A stretch of 64,000 bases of DNA, from the NCBI RefSeq assembly GCF_043773265.1, contig NZ_JAYVFH010000227.1:2626-66625 (forward strand). The letters run 5' to 3'. Within the stretch, counting starts at the first letter, position 1. Each line of letters starts with the position of its first letter. Below the pieces are notes generated by a model that had not been told where the DNA came from, made no database searches, and was given only the letters and a program-made list of their open reading frames with translations. Both the position numbers and the translations under genes were made by a program. Shown in pieces: positions 48,945 through 59,297 of the stretch. The DNA comes from Flavobacterium sp. (GTDB lineage: Bacteria > Bacteroidota > Bacteroidia > Flavobacteriales > Flavobacteriaceae).

Positions 48945-50120
48945 ATGAAACATTATACTTTTTCTATTATTGTTTGCCTTTTTTTATGTTCAGTGGCAAA
49001 TTCTCAAACTTATCAAATTGGTCATACAACAGTAAATTTTATTGATACCAGTAGAAGTAATAGGAGTATTGCAACTGAGATTTATTATCCAGCAGATGTT
49101 GCAGGTGATAATGTTGCAATAACAAGTCAAAATACAATTCAGTTTCCAAGTTTAGTTTTTGGACATGGATTTGTAATGACTTGGGATGCTTATCAAAATT
49201 TTTGGAATGCACTTGTTCCAAATGGTTACATAATTGCTTTTCCAAAAACAGAAGGTTCTTTCTCTCCATCACATTTAGAATATGGAAAAGATTTAGCTTT
49301 TGTAATTAATCAGATGAATTTTTTAGGTACACAATTAACATCTATTTTTTATAATAGAGTAAGTTCTATGAATTCGGTAATGGGACACAGTATGGGTGGC
49401 GGTTCTTCGTTTTTGTCTGTTCAATTGAATTCTAATATAAAAACAATAGTAAATTTTGCTTCAGCAGAAACTAATCCATCTGCAATTGCAGCAGCAGGAA
49501 CTGTAAATATTCCGTCATTAATTTTTGCTGGAGCAAATGATTGTGTTTCACCACCAAGTGCAAATCAATTGTCAATGTATAATTCTCTTGTGAGTTCTTG
49601 CAAGACATATGTTAGTATAATTGGAGCAAGTCATTGTCAGATGGCAAATAGTAATGCTTTGTGTAGTTTTGGAGAATCAACTTGTTCGCCAACTCCCACA
49701 ATTACTAGAACTGCACAGCATGCCAAAATTTTCAGTTATTTAATTCCTTGGTTGGATTATCAATTAAAAGCTAATTGTTCACAAGGCAATGTTTTTGACA
49801 ATCAAATTACAACAGATTCTAGTATTACTTTTTTGAAAAATTGTATTCAATGTAATAATTTAAATTCAGTCGAATTAAACAATGATATTGATTTGATTGT
49901 TTTGTTTCCAAATCCTTCAAGAGATTTTATTACAATAAAGGGATTTTCTGAAAAAGAATATCTTCTTAAAATTTTTGATATAAATTCTAAAGTAATTTTA
50001 GAACAAAGTTTTACTGAAGTAATAAATATTGATACTTCAAAATATTCTTCTGGAGTTTATTTTTATGAAATTATTGACACAAATAATTCAATAAAAAAAG
50101 GTAAATTCATTAAACAATAA
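48945..50120 (+). CDS. Secreted alpha/beta hydrolase (dienelactone hydrolase/chlorophyllase/PETase-like) with T9SS type-A CTD
   Basis: Signal peptide from 48945; GHGF, GHSMGGG, GANDCV, GASHC; FPNP...SGVYF...KFIK. Confidence 0.85.
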   Translation: MKHYTFSIIVCLFLCSVANSQTYQIGHTTVNFIDTSRSNRSIATEIYYPADVAGDNVAITSQNTIQFPSLVFGHGFVMTWDAYQNFWNALVPNGYIIAFPKTEGSFSPSHLEYGKDLAFVINQMNFLGTQLTSIFYNRVSSMNSVMGHSMGGGSSFLSVQLNSNIKTIVNFASAETNPSAIAAAGTVNIPSLIFAGANDCVSPPSANQLSMYNSLVSSCKTYVSIIGASHCQMANSNALCSFGESTCSPTPTITRTAQHAKIFSYLIPWLDYQLKANCSQGNVFDNQITTDSSITFLKNCIQCNNLNSVELNNDIDLIVLFPNPSRDFITIKGFSEKEYLLKIFDINSKVILEQSFTEVINIDTSKYSSGVYFYEIIDTNNSIKKGKFIKQ

Positions 50121-50157
50121 TTTAAAGAATTTACCTTTTTAATTTCTAATGATAAGA

Positions 50158-52146
50158 TTAATGACTATTTCTAGTAGTTTCTAATCGTTTCATGTTAATA
50201 ATTTCTGGTGGATGAAGTACCAATGGAAATTGCTCTACTTTAACCGAACTACTGTCTAATCCAAAACCTTTTTCTTCAGACAAACTTAGTTTTTTCATCA
50301 TGAAGTAGGTGTTTAAAACAATTTTTTCAAAGAAAGTTAAATCGCCATCATTTGATAAAAATTTCTCTGAAAGGACAAATTTGAAATCACCAATAATATT
50401 GTTTTTATTTAAAGATTCATAACGGCTTGTAATATCAACTTCACCATTTTTCACCATATCTTTAATTACTTCTTTGAACATTAAATTAATTTTTGTTGGC
50501 TCTCTAAAACCTAGATAAAAATCAATTCTATAAATGTCATCTTTTATTATTTCTGATACTTTATATTCTTTTTTATAAGGTTCATTAAGAATATTTACGT
50601 GAATAAACCAATAAATATCGGCACGTTTTGGTCTTTTTTGTAAAATAGAATACATTACTTTTTCCTCAATTTCATCTACTCTATTAGAATTGGTCATATA
50701 AATTAAATGAGTTGCATATTTTGGAATTGATAAATCAACACTCAATTCGGCAAGAACTTTTTTATATGTTTCAATCTTTACAATTTTAGTATAGCTATGA
50801 CTTATTTTTTTAGCCATATACCAAGTTGCCATAATAGCAATAAGAACAACAGCAATAATTAATGTAACAAAACCTCCATGAATGAATTTTGGTAAAATTG
50901 CAGCTAAGAAACTTAGTTCAATTACTAAATAAATTGATATTAGAGAACCTATAAAATACCATTTTACACGCTTCATTATTAGATAGTAATTAAGTAAAAT
51001 AGTTGTCATGATCATGCAAAGTACAATTGCCAAACCATAAGCATGTTCCATTTCGCTTGATTCTTTAAAATATAAAACTATACCAACACAACCAAAAAAT
51101 AATAACCAGTTTGTTGAAGGTATGTATAATTGACCTTTTAAATCGGTTGGAAAGTTGATTTTTACTTTAGGCCAAAAATTCAATCTCATTGCTTCATTTA
51201 TCAATGTAAACGAACCACTTATTAAAGCTTGAGAAGCAATAATTGCAGCCAAAGTTGCAATTACAACACCAATTGGTTGAAACCAAGTTTCCATCATTAA
51301 ATAAAAAGGATTTCCGTTTTCGCCACCTAATTCTAATAAAGTTTTTCCTTCTTGACTTATTAAATATGCACCTTGACCAAAATAGTTTAGAAGCAACATT
51401 ATTTTAACAAAAATCCAACTAATTCTAATGTTTTTTCTTCCACAATGTCCCATGTCAGAGTATAATGCTTCTGCTCCAGTGGTACATAAAAAAACTGCAC
51501 CAAGAACAAAGAAACCTTCAGGATGTATCATCAATAATTCGTAGGCGTAATATGGGTTTATGGCATTAAAAACTGAAAAATCATTTGAAATTTGAATTAT
51601 TCCTAAAATCCCAAGCATTGAAAACCATACAAGCATTATAGGCGCAAAGAATTTTCCAACAAGCTTAGAACCAAATTGTTGTATTGAAAACAATACAAAT
51701 AAAATACAAATTACAATTATTTGTATGTTTCTTGTTGTCATTGGATAAAAGTTATTTACACCTTCAACGGCAGCCGAAATAGAAATTGGTGGTGTAATTA
51801 TTCCATCAGCGAGTAGTGCGCTTCCGCCAATAACTGCTGGTACAATGAGCCATTGAACTTTTGTTCTTTTTACTAATGCATATAAAGCAAAAATTCCTCC
51901 TTCGCCATGATTATCGGCACTTAAAGTTATTACTACATACTTTAAGGTAGTTTGTAATGTTAATGTCCAAAAAACACATGAAATTCCGCCTAAAACAATG
52001 TCTCTAGAAATGGCATATCCACCAATAATTGATTTCATTACATACAGTGGCGATGTTCCAATATCTCCGTAAATTATACCTAATGTTATTAAAAGACCAG
52101 CAGCAGATAGCTTGCTATGAAGATTTTGATGACTTTGAGAGCTCAT
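50158..52146 (-). CDS. kup: KUP/HAK/KT potassium transporter
   Basis: GIIYGDIGTSPLY, GEGG, TGAEALYSDMGH, GQLYIP. Confidence 0.96.
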   Translation of the reverse strand: MSSQSHQNLHSKLSAAGLLITLGIIYGDIGTSPLYVMKSIIGGYAISRDIVLGGISCVFWTLTLQTTLKYVVITLSADNHGEGGIFALYALVKRTKVQWLIVPAVIGGSALLADGIITPPISISAAVEGVNNFYPMTTRNIQIIVICILFVLFSIQQFGSKLVGKFFAPIMLVWFSMLGILGIIQISNDFSVFNAINPYYAYELLMIHPEGFFVLGAVFLCTTGAEALYSDMGHCGRKNIRISWIFVKIMLLLNYFGQGAYLISQEGKTLLELGGENGNPFYLMMETWFQPIGVVIATLAAIIASQALISGSFTLINEAMRLNFWPKVKINFPTDLKGQLYIPSTNWLLFFGCVGIVLYFKESSEMEHAYGLAIVLCMIMTTILLNYYLIMKRVKWYFIGSLISIYLVIELSFLAAILPKFIHGGFVTLIIAVVLIAIMATWYMAKKISHSYTKIVKIETYKKVLAELSVDLSIPKYATHLIYMTNSNRVDEIEEKVMYSILQKRPKRADIYWFIHVNILNEPYKKEYKVSEIIKDDIYRIDFYLGFREPTKINLMFKEVIKDMVKNGEVDITSRYESLNKNNIIGDFKFVLSEKFLSNDGDLTFFEKIVLNTYFMMKKLSLSEEKGFGLDSSSVKVEQFPLVLHPPEIINMKRLETTRNSH

Positions 52147-52339
52147 ATATAATTATTAAAAAAGAGTACAAATGTATTGTTTTAATTGTTTTAAATAAAA
52201 AAAGTATAAAAAATATTTTATATAGAAATATGTTTACAAAATTTGTCTTTGTTAAACTCGCGAAGAAAGCTTTCATAATATATAAACAAAAAAAACGTAC
52301 AAGATTAATTGTACGTTCTTTTAATAATATTATCATTTG

Positions 52340-52420
52340 TGGAGAGAGCAGGATTCGAACCTGCGAAGTTCACACAGCAGATTTACAGTCTGCCCTCGTT
52401 GGCCGCTTGAGTATCTCTCC
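52340..52420 (-). tRNA. tRNA-Tyr (GTA)
   Basis: GGAGAGATACTCAAGCGGCCAACGAGGGCAGACTGTAAATCTGC...GGTTCGAATCCTGCTCTCTCCA; long variable arm; CCA not fully encoded. Confidence 0.96.
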
Positions 52421-52550
52421 AAAAAGCTAATGCGGTTGCAAATATAAAAACACTTTTGGTGTTTGCAAACTTATTTAAAATTTAATTTTAGAATAAAGTT
52501 TAATGTTTTGGTAATGAATTAAATAAAAAAATACTTCGTTAAGGTTTTTA

Positions 52551-53675
52551 TTATTTTGCTAAAAGTTCAATAATTTTAGCTCTTAATAAATCGCCTCTTA
52601 AGTCTTTTGCAACAATTCTTCCTTCGGAATTTAATATATATGTTGAAGGAATTGATTGAACTTTATAAAGTTTAGCAATTGGATCTTCCCAAAATTTTAA
52701 ATTTGAAACTTGTGTCCAAGTAATTCCATCTTTTTCTATGGCTTTTTTCCAATCTACCAGCGTTTTGTCTAGAGAAACACCAACAATATTTAATCCTTTG
52801 GAGTGAAATTCATTATACAAAGCTACAACGCTAGGATTTTCTCTTCGGCATGGACCACACCAAGATGCCCAAAAATCTATTATTGTAACTTTTCCTAAAG
52901 ATTTTTTTAATGAAATTACTTTTCCGTCAGGATTTGGAGCTGAAAAATCTGGTGCTAAATCATTTATAGAAATAGATTTGAAATTATTAATTTTTGTTTG
53001 AATTTCCTTTCCTGGCTTTGTGATTTTAAGAGTACTATCTAATTTGGCAAAGGTTTTTTTAATTCTTTCAATATCAGCTTTTGGATTATTTACTTCTTGT
53101 AAAAGCACTAATAATGATATAAAAGATTTTGGGTTTTGCTCTGGATAATTCTTAGAATATAAAACTGCTTCCTCTTGAATTTTATTGTATTCTTTGAACA
53201 ATTTGTTTACTGTAATAGTGTCTTTTATTGCTTGAGCTTCAGTAACTTTTTGCATATTCAAATCTTGAAATTTTTTCAATCTTACTTGAACTTTATTTAT
53301 GTTACCACTAAACTCTGAAAGGTAATCGTTGTTTTTGGTGCCACCAATTTTACTTTTGCTAATACTGTCTTTGTAAGCTAAAACATCAATTTTGCCTTCT
53401 TCTAAAATAAATGCAATTTTGCCTTCGGTATTTTTTAATTGTAATAAATGAATTGTTGGTTCAAGAACCTTTCCTTTAAAACTGAATTTTCCTGCTATGA
53501 CCTTTGTGCTATCTACAATTATTAAAGTATTGTTTTCGTCTATTTTTTCTAATGTTATTAAGCTACCATCCGCAACATTATTTATTGTTCCAGAAATTAA
53601 ATAATCATTTATTATAATTTTTGAAAAAGAGAAAAGTATAAACGATGTTACTACAACTAATATTATTTTTTTCAT
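52551..53675 (-). CDS. TlpA-type disulfide reductase with DUF4369-like N-terminus, paralog B
   Basis: DFWASWCGPC, IP motif; start 53675. Confidence 0.9.
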   Translation of the reverse strand: MKKIILVVVTSFILFSFSKIIINDYLISGTINNVADGSLITLEKIDENNTLIIVDSTKVIAGKFSFKGKVLEPTIHLLQLKNTEGKIAFILEEGKIDVLAYKDSISKSKIGGTKNNDYLSEFSGNINKVQVRLKKFQDLNMQKVTEAQAIKDTITVNKLFKEYNKIQEEAVLYSKNYPEQNPKSFISLLVLLQEVNNPKADIERIKKTFAKLDSTLKITKPGKEIQTKINNFKSISINDLAPDFSAPNPDGKVISLKKSLGKVTIIDFWASWCGPCRRENPSVVALYNEFHSKGLNIVGVSLDKTLVDWKKAIEKDGITWTQVSNLKFWEDPIAKLYKVQSIPSTYILNSEGRIVAKDLRGDLLRAKIIELLAK

Positions 53676-53712
53676 TGCTTTTTTTTGTAAATGTATTAAT
53701 AAATTAAAACAA

Positions 53713-53738
53713 AAAAATCTCCGATTGGAGATTTTTTT
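53713..53738 (-). terminator. Hairpin between the two TlpA genes
   Basis: AAAAAATCTCC-gatt-GGAGATTTTTT. Confidence 0.7.
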
Positions 53739-53754
53739 AACTGTTATCAAATTA

Positions 53755-54885
53755 TTATTTAGCAGCCAACAATTCTTCAATTTTAGCTCTTAATTCTTTG
53801 CCAGATAAGTCTTTAGCTACTACAACTCCAAAACTATTTAAAACAAATGTTTTTGGAATTGAATTTATGCCATATTGAACTGCAATTGGATCTTTCCATT
53901 TTTTAAGATTTGAAACGTGTGTCCAAGTTAATCCATCTTTTGCAATTGCTTCTGTCCATTTTGTTGCATCTTCATCCAATGAAACTCCAATAATATTTAA
54001 ACCTTTAGCATGAAATTCATTATATAATGCAACTACATTTGGGTTTTCTTGTCTGCATGGTGCACACCAAGAAGCCCAAAAATCTATGATTGTAACTTTT
54101 CCTAATGTTTCTTTTAACGAAATCACTTTTCCTTCAGGAGATTTTGCAGAAAAATCTGGAGCTCTTTTTCCAACATCAACTTTCTTGAATTCTTTTAATT
54201 TTTTTAATATTTTTTTTCCTTCGGTATTGTTTTTCAAACTTTCATCTAAACCATTATAATATTTTTCTATTAATTGTAAATCTGGTTCAAACTCTGCAAA
54301 TAAACTACCTATTAGTAATGTAGAAATATATGATTTTGGATTTCCTTCAATATATTTTACAACATAATCTTTTAGCTTTTTTTGTAAAACAGCATAATCT
54401 GCTTGAAGTTGTTTTATCGTTTTTTGGTCATTTTCATTTTGAGCAATGGCCAATTTAGATTGGTTTTTGTATTCAAATTCTTTAATCGTAGCTTGAAATT
54501 CATTTCTTTTATCAGTAAAAGATTGCATTTCATCATTATTATAAGTTCCGCTAATTCTAGTTTTTTGAATAGAATCTTTATCAATAACCATTTTTATTTC
54601 ACCAGTTTCTAGAATTGTATAAAATGTTTCAACATTGATTCCTTCAATTTGAATAAGGTGCATAAAAGGTTCTTTAACTTTACCTTTAAAAGTAAATTTT
54701 CCATCTTTTACACTTGTAGTATCAATAGGAATCATGCCTAGAGAATCATCTTGTTTGTGCAAAACCACTTTTTTTCCGTTTGCAATTCCTTTAGCTTCAC
54801 CTTCTAAAATAAATTCACCATCTTTTACTTTACTACAAGAAAATAATAAAGTTGATAATAGTGCAATAAATGCTATTTTTTTCAT
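53755..54885 (-). CDS. TlpA-type disulfide reductase lipoprotein, paralog A
   Basis: Lipobox LFSC; DFWASWCAPC; start 54885. Confidence 0.9.
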   Translation of the reverse strand: MKKIAFIALLSTLLFSCSKVKDGEFILEGEAKGIANGKKVVLHKQDDSLGMIPIDTTSVKDGKFTFKGKVKEPFMHLIQIEGINVETFYTILETGEIKMVIDKDSIQKTRISGTYNNDEMQSFTDKRNEFQATIKEFEYKNQSKLAIAQNENDQKTIKQLQADYAVLQKKLKDYVVKYIEGNPKSYISTLLIGSLFAEFEPDLQLIEKYYNGLDESLKNNTEGKKILKKLKEFKKVDVGKRAPDFSAKSPEGKVISLKETLGKVTIIDFWASWCAPCRQENPNVVALYNEFHAKGLNIIGVSLDEDATKWTEAIAKDGLTWTHVSNLKKWKDPIAVQYGINSIPKTFVLNSFGVVVAKDLSGKELRAKIEELLAAK

Positions 54886-55008
54886 TTTATGTTTATTAAA
54901 AATTTTTGGCAAAAGTATTTAAAATTTAATAAAATCAAATCAATTTTAAGATATGTTTTAGAATGATGACAATAATATGTTTAACTTTGACCCTTAAATA
55001 AAATTGTA

Positions 55009-56964
55009 ATGTTTAAAAATATTTTTCTTCTTTTTTCTTTTTTTTATTGTCTAATTGGACATACACAAATTGTTATTAATGAACTTGATTGTGATACTCC
55101 AAGTACTGACGATAGAGAGTTTATAGAATTAAAATCGGCGACTCCAAATTTTGCTCTTGATGGTTATGTTTTAGTTTTATTTAATGGAACTGGTACTCAA
55201 GCAAATATGAGTTATTATGTTATAGATTTAGATGGTAATTCAACTGATGTAAACGGAATTTTTGTTATTGGAAATACATTAGTATCACCTGTTCCAGAAA
55301 AATTATTGCCAGATAATATTTTTCAAAATGGTCCCGATGGTGTTGGGTTATATCTAGGAAATTCTTCTGATTTTCCAAATTTAACTCAAGCTACAACAAC
55401 TAATTTAATTGATGCTTTGGTTTATGACACTGGCGATGCAGATGCAACTGCATTGATGGCATTTCTTGGCGTTGTTTCTCAAATAGATGAAAACGCCAAT
55501 GGTTTACAAGCAACACAATCTATTCAAAGAAAGAATGATGGAACTTATGAAACTAAAACTCCAACTCCAGGTGCAAATAATGATGGAAGTGGTATTGTTT
55601 ATAATGGATTGTCAATTGTTGTAAATCCGTTGCAATATAATGAAGGACAAACTTTTAATATATCAATTACTTCACAAACAAATGTAACTTCAACGACCAA
55701 TTTTAATATTTCACTTTCAAGCGGAAGTTTTAATACTTCAGATTATACAGGAAATGTTGCGGTTTCAATTCCGATAGGAACAAATAGTTTTACAACTACA
55801 ATTACTTTAATCGATGATGTTATTGATGAAGGAGATGAAGTTGCAAAAGTGAAATATACATCTGTTCCATCAGGTTTTAATAGGTTAAATGATAATATTA
55901 ATATTAGAATTATAGACAATGATTTTTACACATTACCATTTGGTACACCATTAAATCCAACTTACGGAAATGTTTCTAGCACAGCACCATCAGGATATTA
56001 TTCTAGTTTAGAAGGACTTTCTGGTGCAGCATTAAAACAAGCATTGCAAAATATTATTGCCAATCCAAGTGTGGTTAGAGAACACAATTATGGTGATATA
56101 GAAACTATTTTAAAGGCATGTGATCAAAACCCATTAAATAGTAATCAAGTTTGGTTAATGTATGTTGAGCAACCAAGATCAAAATTAGATTTGCAAGAAA
56201 CAGGAATAAATACTGGAAAGTGGAATAGAGAGCATATTTATCCTCAATCTCGTGGCGGATTTACCGATGGAACTTCAGGAATTGCCGATGGAATAAATGT
56301 ATGGTTGCCAACAGATGCCAATGATATTTTGGCTGGTCATGCAGATGCACATCATATTCGTGCCGAAGATGGTCCAGAAAATAGTATTAGAAACAATAAA
56401 GATTATGGAGAATATGTTGGTCCGGCAGCAACACAAGGAAGTTGGCGTGGAGATGTTGCTAGAGCATTATTTTACATGGCTGTTAGATACAATGCTTTGA
56501 GTGTTGTAAACGGAAATCCAGCAAACACAACGGTAGGACAAATTGGAGATTTGTCATTATTGCTACAGTGGAATGTAACTGATCCGAAAGATGATTTTGA
56601 AATGAACCGCAACAATTATATTTATACTTGGCAAGTAAACAGAAATCCATTTATAGATTATCCTAATTTGGCCGATTATATTTTTGGTACAAACGTTGGT
56701 CAGCCATGGTTTTCAACTTTATCAAATGCTAATTTTAATGAAGATAGAGTAGTGGTTTATCCTAATCCTGCTAAGGATTTTATTACCATTTCTGGATTAG
56801 AATCTGATGGTAAAATAGAAATTTTTAATACAATTGGTTCAAAAGTATTTGAGACTACATTTGTTGGAGAAAAAGAAATTCCTGTTGATTTAGAAGCTGG
56901 AATTTACTTTGCTAGAATTACTTCGGATGGTAAGAGTTTTGTTAAAAAGATTGTTGTGGAGTAA
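55009..56964 (+). CDS. Multidomain endonuclease I family nuclease with T9SS type-A CTD
   Basis: IVINE...EFIEL lamin-tail-like start, DD..DEGDE Calx-beta-like segment, WNREHIYPQS, RGDVAR, NRNPFIDYP, YPNP...GIYF...KKIV. Confidence 0.9.
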   Translation: MFKNIFLLFSFFYCLIGHTQIVINELDCDTPSTDDREFIELKSATPNFALDGYVLVLFNGTGTQANMSYYVIDLDGNSTDVNGIFVIGNTLVSPVPEKLLPDNIFQNGPDGVGLYLGNSSDFPNLTQATTTNLIDALVYDTGDADATALMAFLGVVSQIDENANGLQATQSIQRKNDGTYETKTPTPGANNDGSGIVYNGLSIVVNPLQYNEGQTFNISITSQTNVTSTTNFNISLSSGSFNTSDYTGNVAVSIPIGTNSFTTTITLIDDVIDEGDEVAKVKYTSVPSGFNRLNDNINIRIIDNDFYTLPFGTPLNPTYGNVSSTAPSGYYSSLEGLSGAALKQALQNIIANPSVVREHNYGDIETILKACDQNPLNSNQVWLMYVEQPRSKLDLQETGINTGKWNREHIYPQSRGGFTDGTSGIADGINVWLPTDANDILAGHADAHHIRAEDGPENSIRNNKDYGEYVGPAATQGSWRGDVARALFYMAVRYNALSVVNGNPANTTVGQIGDLSLLLQWNVTDPKDDFEMNRNNYIYTWQVNRNPFIDYPNLADYIFGTNVGQPWFSTLSNANFNEDRVVVYPNPAKDFITISGLESDGKIEIFNTIGSKVFETTFVGEKEIPVDLEAGIYFARITSDGKSFVKKIVVE

Positions 56965-56976
56965 AAATTTCAATAA

Positions 56977-57756
56977 TTAATGATATTTAAGTGCAATAAT
57001 AATTTCAATAACAATTAATATTATTATTATCCATTCTAGACGAGAACTTTCACGAACATTTAAAACATCTGTAAAAAGTTTTAAATTTTCTTCTACAATT
57101 TTTAACCGATAATCAAGATCTTTAAAACGTGTATTTATATCAAAATTTGATTTAAGTTGTTTGTTCAGTAAATTAAGGTCTTCATTATCCCAAACCAAAT
57201 TTGGATCATCAAGAATATAAAGATTATCTACGATACTGTTTTTTACATTTAAAACTTTGCCAATGTATTTAAGTAAATTTATTTTTGAAATACTAATTTT
57301 TCCTTTATTTTCAAGTTCTAAAATATAGGTTTTTGATGATGTGATTAATTTATCTGTTAATACTTCATAATGTTCTAGTGCTACAGATTGCCCAATATTT
57401 AGCATTACAATTCGTAATACAGAGGGTTCAATTTTAGAAACAATAACATAGTTATTTTTTACAATTGATTTTAATTTTTTTTCATCTACTTCAATTCTAT
57501 ATTCTTCGGATAAATCTAAATTTACTTGATCAATTGCATAATTATTTACTATTTGGATAAATTCATTTTTATCAGCAATATTATAGTTTGCAAATACTAG
57601 AACTCCGTAATCAAAAATATATAAATACTTATTATTTTCTAGTTCATAAAAAATTTCTGAAGTAGAACCAGAATGAGCTTCGACAAGAAAATCTGTTCTA
57701 AATTTCTTAATATTAAACGATTCTGCAACTTGAATAGCTTCAATTTTTATTTGCAT
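56977..57756 (-). CDS. RMD1 (DUF155) family protein
   Basis: IFDYGVLVF, QSVALEHYE, C-terminal LEWIIIILI TM. Confidence 0.88.
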   Translation of the reverse strand: MQIKIEAIQVAESFNIKKFRTDFLVEAHSGSTSEIFYELENNKYLYIFDYGVLVFANYNIADKNEFIQIVNNYAIDQVNLDLSEEYRIEVDEKKLKSIVKNNYVIVSKIEPSVLRIVMLNIGQSVALEHYEVLTDKLITSSKTYILELENKGKISISKINLLKYIGKVLNVKNSIVDNLYILDDPNLVWDNEDLNLLNKQLKSNFDINTRFKDLDYRLKIVEENLKLFTDVLNVRESSRLEWIIIILIVIEIIIALKYH

Positions 57757-57812
57757 AACAATAATTTTATTAATACAAATTTATAAAAAATTTAATTAAG
57801 TAAGTGCCTGAA

Positions 57813-59213
57813 TTACTTTCCGATGCAAAAATTCGCAAAAATATTACCTAACAGTTCATCATTAGTAACTTCGCCAGTAATTTCACCAAAGTAATACAAC
57901 GCTTGTCTAATATCAATAGCCATTAAATCTGAAGGTAAATTGGTTTGGATTCCGTATTTTACTTTTGAGATTTCTTCCAATGCTTTTAATAACGAATCGT
58001 AATGTCTTGTGTTTGTGATGATTGTTTCGTTATTCCGTAAAGCACCAGTATTTACAAATGATAGTAACTGATTTTTAAGTTCGTCAATTCCGGTTTTGTT
58101 TTTGGCACTTAGAAATATTTGTTTCAAATTTAAAGTTTCAAGTTCTTTATGTAGTTTTTGAAGTTCTTTCTCATTAAGTTGGTCAATTTTATTTGCAACA
58201 ATTAAAATTTCTTTAAGCGGATATTTGTTTTTAATTTTTTCGATTTCTACTACGAATTCAGAACCTGAAACCTGAAACATTAAACTATCCATTAAGTAAA
58301 TAACTACTTGAGCTTGCTCAATTTTTTCAAATGTTTTTTTAATTCCAATGCTTTCAATAACATCTTTAGTTTCACGAATTCCTGCTGTATCGATAAATCT
58401 AAAACCAATTCCGCCAATAGTTAATTCGTCTTCAATAGTATCGCGAGTTGTTCCTGCAATTTCTGAAACTATTGCTCGTTCTTCGTTTAATAATGCGTTT
58501 AACAATGTAGATTTTCCTACATTTGGTTCACCAACAATTGCAACAGGAATTCCGTTTTTTATTACATTTCCAACTGCAAAACTGTCTATTAATCGTTTAA
58601 GAACAAATTCTATTCGGTTTAATAAATCATTGAATTGTGTTCTATCTGCAAAGGCAACATCTTCTTCGGCAAAGTCTAATTCTAGTTCGATTAAAGATGC
58701 AAAATTTAATAATTCTTCACGTAATTTTGATATTTCATTACTAAATCCGCCACGCATTTGTTGCATCGCAATTTGGTGTGAAGCTTCGTTATCTGATGAA
58801 ATTAAATCGGCAACAGCTTCGGCTTGAGATAAATCTAATTTTCCGTTAAGAAAAGAACGTAAAGTAAATTCACCTGCTTGTGCCATTCGGCAACCTTTTC
58901 GAAGTAATAATTGAATAATTTGTTGTTGGATGAAAGTTGAACCGTGACATGAAATTTCTATTACATTTTCGCCAGTGTATGAATTTGGATTTTTAAAAAT
59001 AGAAAGTAAGACTTGGTCATAGATTTTGCTTCCGTCAACTATTGTTCCAAGATGAATGGTATGTGTTTTTTGGGTTGCTATATCTTTTCCAGAAACCGAT
59101 TGAAAAACTTGTGATGCAATAGTTATTGCTTCATTTCCTGACATTCTAATAATGGCAATTGCTCCAGCTCCAGATGGTGTTGCGAGAGCTACAATGGTTT
59201 CTTGGTGTATCAT
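57813..59213 (-). CDS. mnmE: tRNA modification GTPase MnmE
   Basis: TIVALATP, GEPNVGKS, GTTRD, DTAG, NKID, FCIGK. Confidence 0.98.
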   Translation of the reverse strand: MIHQETIVALATPSGAGAIAIIRMSGNEAITIASQVFQSVSGKDIATQKTHTIHLGTIVDGSKIYDQVLLSIFKNPNSYTGENVIEISCHGSTFIQQQIIQLLLRKGCRMAQAGEFTLRSFLNGKLDLSQAEAVADLISSDNEASHQIAMQQMRGGFSNEISKLREELLNFASLIELELDFAEEDVAFADRTQFNDLLNRIEFVLKRLIDSFAVGNVIKNGIPVAIVGEPNVGKSTLLNALLNEERAIVSEIAGTTRDTIEDELTIGGIGFRFIDTAGIRETKDVIESIGIKKTFEKIEQAQVVIYLMDSLMFQVSGSEFVVEIEKIKNKYPLKEILIVANKIDQLNEKELQKLHKELETLNLKQIFLSAKNKTGIDELKNQLLSFVNTGALRNNETIITNTRHYDSLLKALEEISKVKYGIQTNLPSDLMAIDIRQALYYFGEITGEVTNDELLGNIFANFCIGK

Positions 59214-59240
59214 TTGGCAAAGATACTATTTTGCATAAAA

Positions 59241-59271
59241 AAATCGTCAAGTTTTATCAACAAGACGATTT
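59241..59271 (-). terminator. dnaN terminator-like hairpin
   Basis: AAATCGTC-N15-GACGATTT. Confidence 0.5.
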
Positions 59272-59297
59272 CTTCAACTATAGTTTGGTTAGTAATT

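Noticed and set aside
52029-52430. ORFs across tRNA-Tyr and a possible island at this tRNA
   Set aside because: The ORFs are shadows of the tRNA and kup; no att duplication or mobility gene nearby.
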